Assembly: GCA_050575255.1 (NCBI GenBank)
Contig: JBNZDD010013714.1
Coordinates: 9,094,708-9,158,707, forward strand
Length of the DNA: 64,000 bases
Reading direction: 5' to 3'
Source: Harriotta raleighana
Lineage: Eukaryota
Part shown: positions 43,406 to 57,400 of the stretch, one piece after another
Position numbering within the stretch: position 1 is the first letter of the stretch
How the letters are laid out: each line of letters opens with the position of its first letter
Notes under the pieces: generated by a model
What the model was told of the DNA's origin: nothing
Database searches by the model: none
Seen by the model: only the letters and a program-made list of their open reading frames with translations
Made by a program: the position numbers and the translations under genes

Positions 43406-44451
43406 ATAACTTAAAGGTTTTGTTTGGATAAACTTATTGCAGAATACAGAGCAGTTTCAGTCATGTTTTAGTTAACAAATCTTGTTTTAAGTAAGGAATA
43501 TTTTTTAATAATAGAAATGTGCTCATCAGTCACTTTGGGACACTGTGTAAACTGTTAAGCAGTTATGTTACACCAAAAGCTACAAGTTTATCTAAAAGAA
43601 ACTCAGTGAAAAGTGCACCAGTTACTCAACGATAACATTATCCATCCACTAAAATTTTAAACAGCAAATGCAAAGTTCATGAGTAAAGATCCAAAACACT
43701 GCATTGTTCTATTTACTGTATTCTATAAAATGCAGCTGTGAAAATAACTTAACACTTATTTAATGGGTGTATAAGTATGTTTACTTTTTCTATTGACAAT
43801 TGGTACTGTTTGTGTTTCATAAAATATACTATGCTATAGTTCTGACAAAACATATACTGCTGATTTGTTCAGTTTGGAAACTTAATATTGTACAAATTTC
43901 AATTACATTAAAAGATACAATGTCCAATTTGTAATTTTTTTCAAAGTTACTATATCATCAATTGGTGTAAAAATGCCATGTAATACAGAAAAATCCTGCA
44001 AGCAACACAGAAATGAATAATTGTGTTTACTTACCAGGACACTTTTTATATCGATACTCTTTCAGGTTTACAAGCATTATGGAACCATAGCGTTATTCTT
44101 ACATTTCCTCAACCAGTGTCAATTGATGTGCTCTAACACAACTGGGCTAGTTTTGGAACTCATCAGAACATAGCATAATAATGGGATTGGGGATTCATGG
44201 AGAAGGATATTATTGTATATCTCATTTCAATGCAGTCCTTGCATTGGTTGATTTCTGATAAAATTTCCATAGAAATAATCACAAAAGGTGATTTAGGATT
44301 AAATGTTACTGGGATAAATGGTAAATCAAAATGATTAAATCCAAGGTATTCAATATTGTGCTATGAAAAAATTAGGTTATTGAAAGTTGCAGGGTGAATG
44401 AAGAATAAAATATTCCTAAACAATCACTTACCTGCTATTCCTGTCTTGCAG

Positions 44452-45068
44452 GTATAATTCAGTTGGTGGAGGTCATATTGAATCTCCTGGTGTTGGTGTG
44501 TGTGGTAGCATCATACGTCGTAATCTCAGGATACAGCAGTAACTTGGGTCTGGCCACTAGCTTTTTCAGCATTAACAGTGACTTTTCTCCAATTGAAGGG
44601 GAGGAACTGAAGGAAATACAGAAACTTGACCAACAGTTTGCATTTCTCCGAGCACCTGTACTATACGGTGGCATTGCAGTGTCCATAGGCATGTTTGCAA
44701 TAACCATGGGTGTCATGATTCGAGGTGCCCGACTTTTGAGGATTAGATGTTTAAAGTGGTTGATTTTTGAAGTCCTATTCAATGTGTTAGCATCTTTGGG
44801 TTATGGAGTATCAGTTGGACTTTACTTGTATTTTGTCCTCCAAATTAATAGTACAGATCTCTGTAAGATCAGAGAAGGTATCTATGCAAGGCATGGCCTC
44901 AACTGGATGAACTGCGATGTGTCTGGAACAGACGGTGCAGTAGCATTCTTTGGAATACTGCTTTCTATATTGTATTGCGTTAGTGCAGTGCTGGCAGTAC
45001 TTTGCTACTGCAAAGCACCCCTACAAAAAAACACTCAAAACAGGAACTTAGAACAAAATTGCAATTAG
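44452..45068 (+). CDS. MARVELD3: MARVELD3 alternative terminal exon B (second MARVEL domain; isoform about 412 aa)
   Basis: cttgcag|GT; VEV.LN..VL.C.VASY, SP.EG.EL, LDQQ...LR.P..YGG.AVS, LQINSTD.CK.RE..YAR.GL.WM.C...GTDGA; AATAAA at 45074. Confidence 0.95.
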
Positions 45069-48000
45069 TACAAAATAAAATACAGCTTAGTGTATAAACG
45101 ATAAACACAGTAGGTACCAACTTTGATCCCTGGTCAATGTATTAAACCCAGTTGAATCAATAACGGGGACTTCAGAATCGGTGAATTACCTCAAATAGAC
45201 AACACATGCACTTTTTAAAAAAACAACTAAAATGCGATGGTTATCAAAAAAAAGAATCTTAGCTCTTCTTCCTCTTTAATTACTATAATTTTGGTGGGAA
45301 GAGTAGACAAGTGAGAAGGTCCAGTGGCATATTCTCAGACCTCAGTAAAAGGTGTTCTTTCCCAAGATACCACAAGGTATAAGAGACATAGGTTTACTTC
45401 CAATTTGTTCTTCCTCCCATGGGGAAAATCACATCAATGCGCCAGATGATTTTTGTATGCAATTATTCAAATTATTTGTTTGTCCAAATGCAGATTCTCA
45501 AATTGTATTCACTCTTCAGTAAATTCTGTAAAGCACTTGAGTCGTCTAGAAGACATGATAAGGCGCTACATAAAATGCAAGGATTAGAATTATTATTAGT
45601 AGTACTGCATGTTAATTAATATAGGATATTTTATGTCAGAAATCAGCAAGTATCTGAATTTATAGTTTGCTAATAGAATTTTCCATTTGAAAAGCAACAA
45701 ACCAGGAGTAATGTATATTTTATCCCTCCTTCTGCAGAACATATTTTAAATTTAGCAATTTTTATGGAGGAAAAAAGTATTTGATTTATACATAATCAGA
45801 TGGAAGGATTATGATATTCAGTCAGTCACACAGAACTGCCAAAAAAAATGAAGTATTTAAATTGACCATCCAGGTTTTACATTGGGCAGTTTGAGTGAAA
45901 TTAACCTTGTATACCTCAAAAACACTCGGAATACAGGCTGCTCTATGGTTCCTATAAGCTACTTTACAATTTAATATACATCTGAACAGCTTACTTACTG
46001 TTTGTAAACAGAAATGCTGTACTCCATTGAATTTTACATGAAGTAATTACTGGATGAGAAACACAAAGGTGATGCGTAAGCGTGAGAGATGACATCTGGG
46101 TTAAATATCTGGTGGATCAAGGGGAAATGTGTATGAACCGGTTTTAACCGACGAGCCCATGTTTGAAGAATGTATCTTATCCACATGTTGTATGCAGTAT
46201 AAATCTTTATTGCTACTTTGGCTTGAACAGATAATCAAAAATACACAAGGATCTTCCAGAATCTATAGCAGCATCTTTAAGAAACTTATTCTGGTAACAA
46301 AGGAAATCATTGATCCTCAAAACCTAGGCTTCATTTCTCCAAAGTGCCCCAGACCTATACAATTATGTGCACGGAGAAACAAAATACACTAAGTAATAAC
46401 AGGATCTCATTCTTACATTTTATGCACAATTTTGCATGCTAAAGTACATATACATTAAAATATTTTATATCCTTCAGTCCTGATTAAACCATGTGCAATA
46501 TAACCACTGCATGAAATAAAATTACACAACTTATAAGTTCACATTGTGATTAATTTCTTAACATTAAATACATGCCCCATTGTGGAAGTTTCCAAGATAT
46601 TATTCGCGTCAAGGCAAGTTGTACTGAAGACATAATGAAGAATGAAATAAACTATTTGTCCTGAATTGTACTGTGTTAGCTGTCTCCTGCTAAAAATTCT
46701 CAAAATAAACCAGTACTTCACTATTTAATATGGAAATAAGTAAATAAATCCAATGTAGAAAATAATTTTACTCCATGCTGCCAAAGAACACAGAGTTGTA
46801 TTTAAATTAAAAGAATGAATGCTCGCATTTGTTTTTAGTTTTACAGATTACTGGCAATCGTAGGTGTTAAATTACTGTCTTAAAAAGTAGAGATGAATAG
46901 GTAGTGAATGGTCTATATATTTTATTCAGTGCAGTGGAGCATTAATGACTCATTTCATACGGATGAACTTTGAATGCTTTAACCCGTAGCAGAATGTATT
47001 TAAAAGGGAGGTATTTCATAATCATGAATGATACAAATTACTTACATTTTAATAGAGCAGCAAAAATATTACATACAAAACATGATAATTCTGATTGTGA
47101 AGATCCTATTTAACCCAAAAACAAACATTTTGGCACTCCATTTAAGATAATGTATTTTTAAACAACAAAAGATTTTGTTTGTTAAAAACAATAAATCACA
47201 TAAAGAAAATCAAAGAGATTTCTATCTTTTACAATTACACAAAACTATACTTGCAAGGAAAAGTATAGTTTTAATGTACACAGATACACACAAGGGGTTC
47301 ACATATTTTAAAATAGGAGAAAAACATAATTTTAGATGACAAAATGAAGATTTTTAGACTATAATTTGCATTTGTGTATGTGCCATTTTTAGAGAACTAA
47401 TGATTGTTATTATATTAAGCTATATTTCATAAATAAATCACATAAATCATAAATAATTCAATTAGTGGCAGAGCATGTTACACATTAATGGACCAATGTC
47501 AAAATGAATGATTTCCATCTTGATTATCTCATTTTAAAAGCAGTTCATCAGAAGGTCAGTTGTTCATTCATTAACTGAAGATCACAAATACATTTTAAAG
47601 CTTATTTTGTTACTGCATTGACCAGATCTGTAAGTGTCTCTGGGCCAAATATGTAGGGCATATTCCTCATACTATACTGACTGGCTTAAGTACCATTATT
47701 ATGAGTTACCAAGATAGTTTAAGTCTGCAAAGGGTTAGAGCACCGGATGTAAATAAGAATTCAGTCAGCCTTCAACTGAATTGGTAAGTAAATAAAGTGG
47801 GTTTCTTGCCACACAGCAAAAATGTTTCAGGAGTCAAGTCACAGATGCAGAGGATGCTCTGACTGGTTTACTTGCTTAGTCATTGAAGAGGAAATGAAGG
47901 AACAGTGGCCAAAATAAACCTGCCTGACAAGAAAGGGGAAATAGTTTAAAGTGGTTAAATATGTAAAACAGTCAAACGCCGTGCAGTGCAGTTGAAGACG

Positions 48001-51000
48001 GGTCAGAGATAAAGCAGCACATATTGTACATTTCATTTTTCACTGGGAAAACATTGAAAACTGTGTGTCAAGCTGTGTATATTATGTTGATATAATTTCT
48101 ATGTTTTAAAACAGTTTTTCACAAAGACGACAAATTTCCCAGTGACATTTCATTTCTGAAATTACTACCCATATTTTCTGATTTCACCACTTATTTAAAG
48201 AGAACTGATTGGAAAATTGACAGATTGTCTAGAGCCTTGACTTTTATGGTAAGATTTGTTCAGTGGAGTTATTGTAAGTAAATGTTGAGGGTGGAGAAAA
48301 AGAGATTTTTTAATTCCCCCAAGTTAACCTGATTTATTGGCAAAATAAATGTACTCCACGGTTAATACTAAAACAATACAATTTGTTTTTAATATACAAA
48401 TTATTTTCTATGATAAGACGTTATATCAAATGCAAAAATTGTCATCATCATTATTGACACTTGTCAAGGGAATTTTCTCCTTATCTTTTGATCCTGGGAT
48501 ATATCCTGGTCACTGAAGGTATCCTAATCTGTGTCCAAGCAACCTTCTGAACAGTCGGAATATAATTAGGGCCATTTCCAACATTTAAATTCAATATTTA
48601 ATGCAACTTTCATTTTGGCCACCAAAAGCCTTACTGAAATCACAGTAATTTACTACCTTCCATCATAAAAGACATAATTTAATAAATATTTCTAAGTTAT
48701 TTTACAGTGAAACATTTATTAAGTCTGGACTTCAGATGAATCTAAGCTTACAGGGCAGTATCTTGAAAATTCTCATTAGTAAAAGTAGACTAAACAGTTT
48801 CTCCAACTTGATTGTCTTAAATCTAAAACTTTACCATCACCAAGGTAACCAACTTCTTTTTTAAAAAATCTGAAATATACAGGCCAACAAAAAAGAAACT
48901 TCTCTTTAATGCAAAAAATTATTTAACAACGATGTAATTAGGATCAAAGGAAGTGCTGCTATATTTACAATAAGCTGCTTTTGAATTGGCTACATTCTCT
49001 CAGAGAAGATTAGTAAATTTTAGTGACTATGTCACAAGTATTTTTACCACTCCTAGGAGTATTTATTCCTTCTTTCACTTTATACAAGGCATTGAATCAA
49101 GCAGAAGGGTGCAAATTCCACCACAGTGAAAAATTGGGCAGGACAGAAAAGGGTGAAGGTTGGTATTGAAATTAATATTGCTAGACAAAGCTTCAAAAAT
49201 AATCACATTTTCTTTCAACCCATCAAATGTTTGCTAAATTAAAAAACACACTTCAAAATTAGCAACTCCTCACTGAATTCCAATTCAAATGCACCAGTTA
49301 GACACACAGTAAACATTTGATTTTAAAACTATGATTGACAAAGTATATAACTCATGCTGCCTCCCTGCTTTGTGCAGAGAAAAATATTTTACTTACATTA
49401 TATATTTAATACTGTATTTTTAAAGAAATATTAGATATCTTTAGCTCTGCCTATGAATCTGCTGAAATATCTATACATCAGCCAGATACAATATGATTTG
49501 CTGCATAAAATCAGAAATTATATTTTCTTTAAGAATTATTTACACTGAATTGTTGGGTATGCTTCTTAATATATTCTATTTTTGATCATCAATTTCATTT
49601 TATAAGTCAGTGGTTAGTTTCCGTCAGCTGAATGGAATGGAACAACAATTCCTGAAAATACACTCAATATACTGATACCATCCTTATACAGTAAATTATG
49701 TCAAATACTGTACTTCAACACGCAGTCAGGCGGCATTAACTTCTAGTAAATGCTTAACTGCAGTCGGAAAAACACCAAAGCTTTGTGATATAAGCATGTG
49801 GAAGTCATTTATACTTGCATATGCTCTCTTCATTATTTGCATTTACTGCAAAAAAATGGGTGAAATATAGTTACAAAAAAGTTAAACTGGAAACTCTAGT
49901 GATGTTAGAAATATCAAAGCTTGAGTGGCTTGTAAACATCACATGAACCCCACATTAAAATCTTTCCTGTAACTCATTCCAACCCATTTGTAAAAACACA
50001 AATTTTAAAATCTCTGCATAGAATCTTTAAATACTGTACTGTAATACTCCAATATTAAAACCACCAGCAAATGTACAGTAGTGACAGGCTCTCTTATACA
50101 GCTAAGGATCATGCTACAGATACCACTCAGTATTATAACCAGGTCTGTATACATACAGTAGATTTTTTTTAAAAAGTGCTCACTTCAGCAGAAATTAAAA
50201 TAAACATTACTAAGAAAGATATTAACAAATATAAAGTAGGTGGCATTCAGCTTTGCAATTACAAGACTTTGGATGTGCACTCTGCCTGTAACGTTTACAC
50301 CAGTACTGGAAAATATTCAGCTCTAAACCACACCCACTGCATCATTTTACATTAGGATTACTATAAACATCATGGAGACAGTCATTGATTTAGGCAAATT
50401 GTGCAAATTTTGAACAAAAAGTAATGAAAATATGAGCATATACAAACTGCAAAATATTGGAAAGAAAATATTAGATGCAGATACAGAACACTGAATGAAT
50501 CACTCATTACTGGAGGACAACATTGTTCTAAGACATGTTTTGCAGCCTTGGTGTACTCCATAGTTATCTAAAACACATTTGTGCCAATAAAATAGTTATT
50601 TTCATAAGAAAAATAAATGATCTGGTAGAAACTTCCTATGCTCCATACTCCACTCAAAGAAGCTGTGCATGAGATCACCATACAAATGGTTAAATGGCCA
50701 GAATCAAACTTCCTATTAAATTGACAGATGAATACCTTGATCAGTCTTTGTAAACAGTTTCTTCCATTCTGAATTCTAAATGTTTTTCCTCCCTGAACAT
50801 TTTTTTTCCATTTTAAATTGCACACTATTCCAGTAATTTGCAGATTCCCTACTTATTTTGCTCCCTTAACAGGTCCACACCACAACTCTCAAATCACATG
50901 CTTTTGCCAGCCATGAAACAGCCAAAGTTGATACAAAATCCAGGCCTTCCTTTTCTCTCCTTGGGGTACTACAGTAACAAATGGTACCACTGTGCAGCGT

Positions 51001-51797
51001 TCTGCTGCTTGCCACAATTCTCCCACATTATCACCAAAGCAGTCTAGGGATGTAAGAATCAATAAATTAGCTCACATGCACGTGCTGTTATTGCAAGACT
51101 AGCACGCAAGCCTTAACAGCAGGAAGTGCAAACATTATGTTCCTTCTGGATACCTATTTGGAAGCTTTAAAACAAACATGAAAATGTGGACTATGTACAA
51201 TAATCTGGAAAAACACTGTTCCATACAGGATGACATTAAATTCAGAATGAAATATGAGACAAAAGATAAAGCATTTTGCTAGATTAGATAACCCAAATTC
51301 AATTCAAATATTTTCAAACTACAGTGGAATGATACAGCCTCAGCTATACAAATGTAATTTTGTTGTTGTTGCCAAAATTATTTTCAATTCATCACATTAA
51401 GTAGTATTCACTTTGCAAATCTTGTTTCAGATTAACTTTTATGGCTCACAAGCATTTGATTTGAAACAATTGCTTGCATTTGATACGCTTAATCATGCTG
51501 GAACATCCTCAATGCTTTTAAGTGTAATAACCATTAGTTGATTGAGAAATAGGATAGCTAATTTACAGCAGCCAATTTGATGAGATGAATGATCAATTTT
51601 TTGCTGAATTAGGATGAATGATGGATTGGCCAGAAACTAAGAAAGATCTTTGAAATAAAGATACTTTGCTAGAATCTATCCCAGCAATGTGTAAACAAAG
51701 AGATTAGTCTGTTTTTTGCATGTAAAAATCATTCTTAATTCAGAGTTGTAAAGTTATGGACTAAATCTGCAATCTGTTTATTTTGATTAGAATTCCT

Positions 51798-52103
51798 AGT
51801 CCTGTAGCTCAGTGGTTAGAGCACTCGCCTTACAAGCGAAAGACCTGGGTTCGATTCCAGGCAGGGCAAAACCATAGGCAAATTTCTTTACTCCACATGC
51901 CTGATAATAATCTCAGATTTTTTTTAAAAAAAAATCAGAAATGGTCATTTCAATCTACGACTGTTTGTAGGATACTGCTGTGTGCAATTGGCTGCTGTGT
52001 TTCGCCCACATATAGTCAATTCACTTTACAGTATATTCTGTGAAACGCTTGAGACGTCTAGAAAACGTGAAAAGCACTACATGAAATGTAAGGATTATTA
52101 TTA
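51798..52103 (+). mobile_element. Full-length copy of the same SINE
   Basis: Same head, body and tail. Confidence 0.9.
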
Positions 52104-53305
52104 CTTCATCTATCTGAACCACTAAAAGCAAAAACAAGCTTGATTTAATGTCTCATCTAACCTGGTTATTAGAGTATCAGACAAGATAATGAGCTCTAGT
52201 TTTGATGCAGAATCAAACCTGCAACCTTCAGACTCATGAGCCAAGAAAACACTGACATACCAGTACTGTATCAATCAACTACCAAGATGTAGTTATTAAG
52301 TCCAACATTCATACATAGAATGTATATTAATGAAAATCATGAAATATTTTAAGATTGGCAAAATGTGTCTAATCCTCTCAATGAACCTAGAAATGTCCCT
52401 GATATGTTACTATGGAAAGTATTTTTTTTTAAACAATTATGCACATTAATGCAAAACAATTACCAAATGAGATCCAGGAGAGTTTTTTCCAAGCATTTTT
52501 GAGAACAATTTTTAAAAAATCATATTGTTACATCCAAGTCGTTTCTCGTAAATACAGCACTATTCAAAGATGAGCCTTGGTCAGAATCATCCTTGAAACC
52601 TGCAATTTATTTTTCAACTAAAGCTACAGCATTGCTTTGTAGAAATTTAAAATCTAATCTAATAAACCATCACAAACTTTCCATATCATTTAAATCTTCC
52701 CAAATGTGAGTTTGGGAAGATTTAGTGCTGGAAAACATAGTGCTGAAAAAAAATGGAGCAAAGGCACAAGACTATTAAAAGCACAGCTACCTGCAGGGTT
52801 TTAGCATCAATGTTATGAACAGCTCACTGACTTGAGAGCTGATAGCTAATGTGAACCTGTCCAGCAGTGCAGTTAAATATATCAAAGAAGTTGCGATACT
52901 TTGCTCCTTTTCTTATTCCTTTGGAGGCACTGCAATAGTTTTTTGTTTAAAAACTTCAATACAGTAACCCAATTAAAGTTATTCTTTTTAAGAGGCAATA
53001 TGTAAAATCAGAAATTAGATGGAATATGGTTTTGATGATTTTTTGATTACAAATTTAGGATGTGAATTAAATGTTGAAAAAAAATCTCATGGTAAACTGA
53101 AAACAATAGTTCAATACCAACACCAAACAGTAGATTTGTTTCCAGCATATGGTGAAGCATCATGAATCTACTGTAAGTTACGTCATGTACAACTTAAAAC
53201 ATTTTGACTTGTATCTTTTGTACAAGAGATATCTATTACAATAATATCCTAGCTCATATTTTGTCTGTGAATGAAAAATCCATTGACGCAGAAGATAAAG
53301 AAGTG

Positions 53306-54481
53306 CTACAGTGCTGTGTCATAAACTTCCTGTTGGGCACATCTGCTGCTGTCTCTTTCAGATTCAGCTTCTGAAACTGGATCCTGATGTTGCTTCATTT
53401 GCTCCTTTACTTCCTCTTCTAAGTCTGGTGGCACAACTAGTTGATCCTCTGGGTCTGGCTGTGCAGGTGCTGCAAAATACCCACACTTTTTCTTTGGTGC
53501 CTCTGTGGCCACCTCAATAATATTGTGGCTTTTTTCAAGGGGTACCACAGATCCATTTGAAAACTTCTTACCCTGTAGGTTCAAGGCAGACGGAGATTTC
53601 TTCAGATCATTTCCATCTTTATTAACTGTTAACGGTGACCCAGCATTTACACCATTTTGCCTCTGTATCTTTAAATAAGCTCCTGGACTGTCATCCTCAG
53701 ACATACTAACAGACAGCCCTTCATCACCAACTTGTGAAGGGGAGGAAATCCCAGAAACTCTGAATTGGAAACAGTGAATGTCTACTTCGACTTCTAGTTT
53801 GCTGCCATTAGAAATAACTCCTTCAACTGGTCGATCATCATCACTGTCGAGGCCATTGTCAGAGTGGTTACCGGAGAACGTTGCGCTAGAAAGCTGCCGC
53901 TGGAACACACTGGTCGAAGTGCTGGGATGCAGACTGCAGCGGCGTTCAGAACGAGGGACCGCACCAGCCTCCAGGCTCGTGGCTGGCTGCTCATCCGAAG
54001 CTGTAGATCCCACCTCACTGCTGACCTCTGAAGCAGACATCTCACTGTTGAATTCAGATGCTATACCACTACTAGACGATGGGGTGACCGGAAACTGCGC
54101 ATTCTCTTTTACTAACGTGTTAACAGGTGGAGCATACATGCCTGGACTCGCCATCGAAACTCCGTGCACTTCACATGTGCAGCCGTCCTCTCCAATCCTC
54201 AAATTCACCACCACAACACCAACGTTGTCATAGCAACCGTAGCTCTGGGCAAGTGTGCAAAGTTTCTTGGCTGCTGCGAGAGGATCAGGCACATTCTGAA
54301 CAGCTTCTATCGCCTCACCGTATGACACATTTTCCCAGAGTGTCCTGTTGCCTAAGATGAAAAATTCATCCTGAGCAGTAAGTGATATTGTGTGAACGTT
54401 GGGTTTTGGAAGGACCCATGGGAACAGGTAGGTGCAACCCAACAGACGGGTAGAACAAGTCACACCATTCACTTTGTTGTC
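53306..54481 (-). CDS. PHLPP2: PHLPP2 terminal exon ([12 protein letters not shown]...EVYDTAL*)
   Basis: tcttag|GAC; TAG stop at 53308-53306. Confidence 0.95.
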   Translation of the reverse strand, partial: DNKVNGVTCSTRLLGCTYLFPWVLPKPNVHTISLTAQDEFFILGNRTLWENVSYGEAIEAVQNVPDPLAAAKKLCTLAQSYGCYDNVGVVVVNLRIGEDGCTCEVHGVSMASPGMYAPPVNTLVKENAQFPVTPSSSSGIASEFNSEMSASEVSSEVGSTASDEQPATSLEAGAVPRSERRCSLHPSTSTSVFQRQLSSATFSGNHSDNGLDSDDDRPVEGVISNGSKLEVEVDIHCFQFRVSGISSPSQVGDEGLSVSMSEDDSPGAYLKIQRQNGVNAGSPLTVNKDGNDLKKSPSALNLQGKKFSNGSVVPLEKSHNIIEVATEAPKKKCGYFAAPAQPDPEDQLVVPPDLEEEVKEQMKQHQDPVSEAESERDSSRCAQQEVYDTAL

Positions 54482-57400
54482 CTAAGAAAGAGAAACAGTA
54501 TTAATCACAGAATTCCAGCAACTGTGATTCCTTTTTAGTAAACTAAGAACAGGAGGCAGAATACGCAACACAAACTATCAGTCCAATTCCACCCATTTAA
54601 CAGCATAAATTACAGTAAGCTACTGGTTATGTAAACAGAATCACTGCATGAATTCTAAACAAAAAATAAACATTTATGGTCTTCTACATGCCGTGACATT
54701 AGTACATAGGTACCTATTTACATAACACACATACACACAAGGTAAAGAAGGGTAAAATACTGGTGCCTACCTCAGTTATAATGGCTTTTTGTTGTTTCAC
54801 TCTTTCCAACTCCTCGTCACACTGCTCAAGACTGAACACTTTTGAGAGCAGCAATGGCTGCCCATCACGACACACCACCACTTGACAACTGCCCACATTG
54901 GCCACAGTGAGGGTGAAATTGCTGTTATGGTCACTGGGATCATGTCGAATGTGACAAAGAACCGTTGAGGAGCCCAACTTCTGTCCCACCATCCCCAGTT
55001 TTCTGTAATAACAAGAGTTATATGGAATAAGTATTGAGAATATTGCTAACAATCTAGTTTCATGACCTGTAACGGCAGCTTTCTCACCTATGAGACACAA
55101 GGAATGTGTGGGTCATATAAACATTGTCCACGTTGGATTGTTGCAATTCCTCTGCCAGTACATCCCCCACAGTGCACTGCAACAAACGTGGGATCTCCAT
55201 ATTCCTTTCTCCATCAAATACGCCATACAAGGCTTCCAGGTTATCTCCAAAGCTGTCTAGGGCAAGCACTGAGAGGCAGAGTCTAGAAACACAAACAATT
55301 TTATAGGATACACTGTAAAGGCATAGCAATATCCCACAAACAGCTATGAAGTGAAAGACCAATTTTACTTTGGGGATTTGTTGGCAAGGACACTGGGAGA
55401 CACTAAGTCCCGTCTCTTTTCGAATAGTGCTTTGGAATCTTTAAAGATCTACCTGAACAGGTAGATGGGATCTTGGTTTAACATCTCATCCAAAGAATAC
55501 CATCTCCAACAATGTAACTCTGTGCCCCACAGCACAGGAAGTGTCAGTTTAGATCATGTGATTCCAAGTCCCGGGCATGGGTTGTGAACCCACAAAGTTC
55601 TGATTGAATAGGCAAACGTGTTACCGCTGACGCCCTCTCAATGAAACAACTAGCACCTAAATGTGTACTAACTTGTTCCTGTGTCCTGCCATTTCAGCGT
55701 ATCCATGACTCCAAAGCGTAGGACCTCCTATGGAATCATTCGTCAGAACTGGTGGCTTTTGATCAATTTTCAAAGTGGCAATATGACTGTAAGAAAAGGA
55801 GATGATTGACAATTGTTTTCATTTCTACCTCAATTTACAGAATATTCCTGAGGTTGAGAAAACTGTTGAAATGACAATTCTACAATTTTCAAACCTGCTG
55901 CCCCCTATAATGCAGCCAAAAACAGGGGTTATTTCCGCCAAGTTGTCATTTGAACGACACCCAACAACATAGCAATGGTGGCCAGCCAAAGTGAGATGAC
56001 CAGAATCACAAAATCAAAAAGTTTATTCACCAACAATTCATAAATGTTACATCAACTCATTGCTCAATCTTAATGAAGGGGAAAAAATATATATTGTGGA
56101 ATATTATGTGGTACAGGTCTTCATGGCATACAACATCGCTGAAGTGCTCAGATATTTCCATCTTAATCCATGCTGCACTGGTGCAAGGATCAGCTAAGAT
56201 CTAGAATTGTTCAAAGACTGGGTATATTAGAAATCATCTCTTAAATGCTATCCAATTGTGTGAAATAACTTGGATTTATATCTTGTCTAGAGAAAGATGT
56301 AATCTCCTCTTTGATGGTATTGTAGTTATTTATCAAAAGGAAATTAAATAAATGTGTTTTAGTTCAAAGATAAGGCAACAGCACAAAACTGTTCCAATTT
56401 GTAGCACTCTAGGTCTCAAACAGTTGGACCAATTTTAAAATGGCCAGAGTTAATGTTTCAGTGAACAAAACCTTGAACATCAACATGTGACTGGGTTACA
56501 AAATGACAATAGAAAATAATACCCTGGCTCCCTGATGGCATAGTGGGTAAAGGCACTACCCCAGTGTAGCACAAAGCCATACAGACCAGAATGTCCCAGG
56601 TTCGATTCCTGGTCAGCGCTGAGCTGGCTGATCATCACCCCCATACAGCTCTTGTACAGCTCCTAGGGGCTGGTTAGAGAGTGATATTTGGAAGAGGCCT
56701 GGGAGCAGGTCATCTGGCTGCTTGCTGTGTTTGGGAATGGTGCATGACAAGCTGGAAAAGAGAACCAGAAACAATACTGGCCCAAACTCCTACATTTTCA
56801 ATATTTATTTAAACAGACACAAGAGTGTCAGCAAACGGTTCCATTAACTTCTTGTCACTGATGACAATCAGCATTTACCAAACATTATCTATCATCAGGC
56901 TAGATCTAAACAGGGCTGTATCTACCTGAATATTTCTAGGGTCTTGTGGTCAAGGACCAGGTTTGTGTTACCAGTCAAGTCCAGTTCCTGAAGAGAGGAT
57001 GGGAGCGTCTCAGGCATCAAAATCTCTGTAAGCTCATTACAACTGAGGTCAACCAGCTAAAATGGGACCAGAACATCAGGAGGAAAAACAATGGCATTAG
57101 TGTGAGACCCGAAACCATTACCCAAGTCAATCGATACAACCATTTGCTATTCAAATAAGAATGTGCAAAGGCTAAAAATTAGTAGTTACAAAACTCCATA
57201 GACCGTAACTCAAACTGTCATCAGATAGAAGAAAGAAATGCAAGGCAATTCAACCTGGGTTCTTGGAATTTCCATTGTTGTACCTATTGACTGTTTTAGA
57301 AAATACCATACATAAGATAAGCCTTGCACAGAGCTTTAAAGTTGACAACTTGCACTTATTGATATTGATAAACGGTGGTACATCTCACATATCCTGACAA

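Noticed and set aside
46136-46143. GRHL-type AACCGGTT motif downstream of MARVELD3
   Set aside because: A single 8-mer is expected by chance in 64 kb; another occurs near 23617.
53311-54360. Plus-strand ORFs over the PHLPP2 last exon
   Set aside because: Antisense shadows of the real coding exon.
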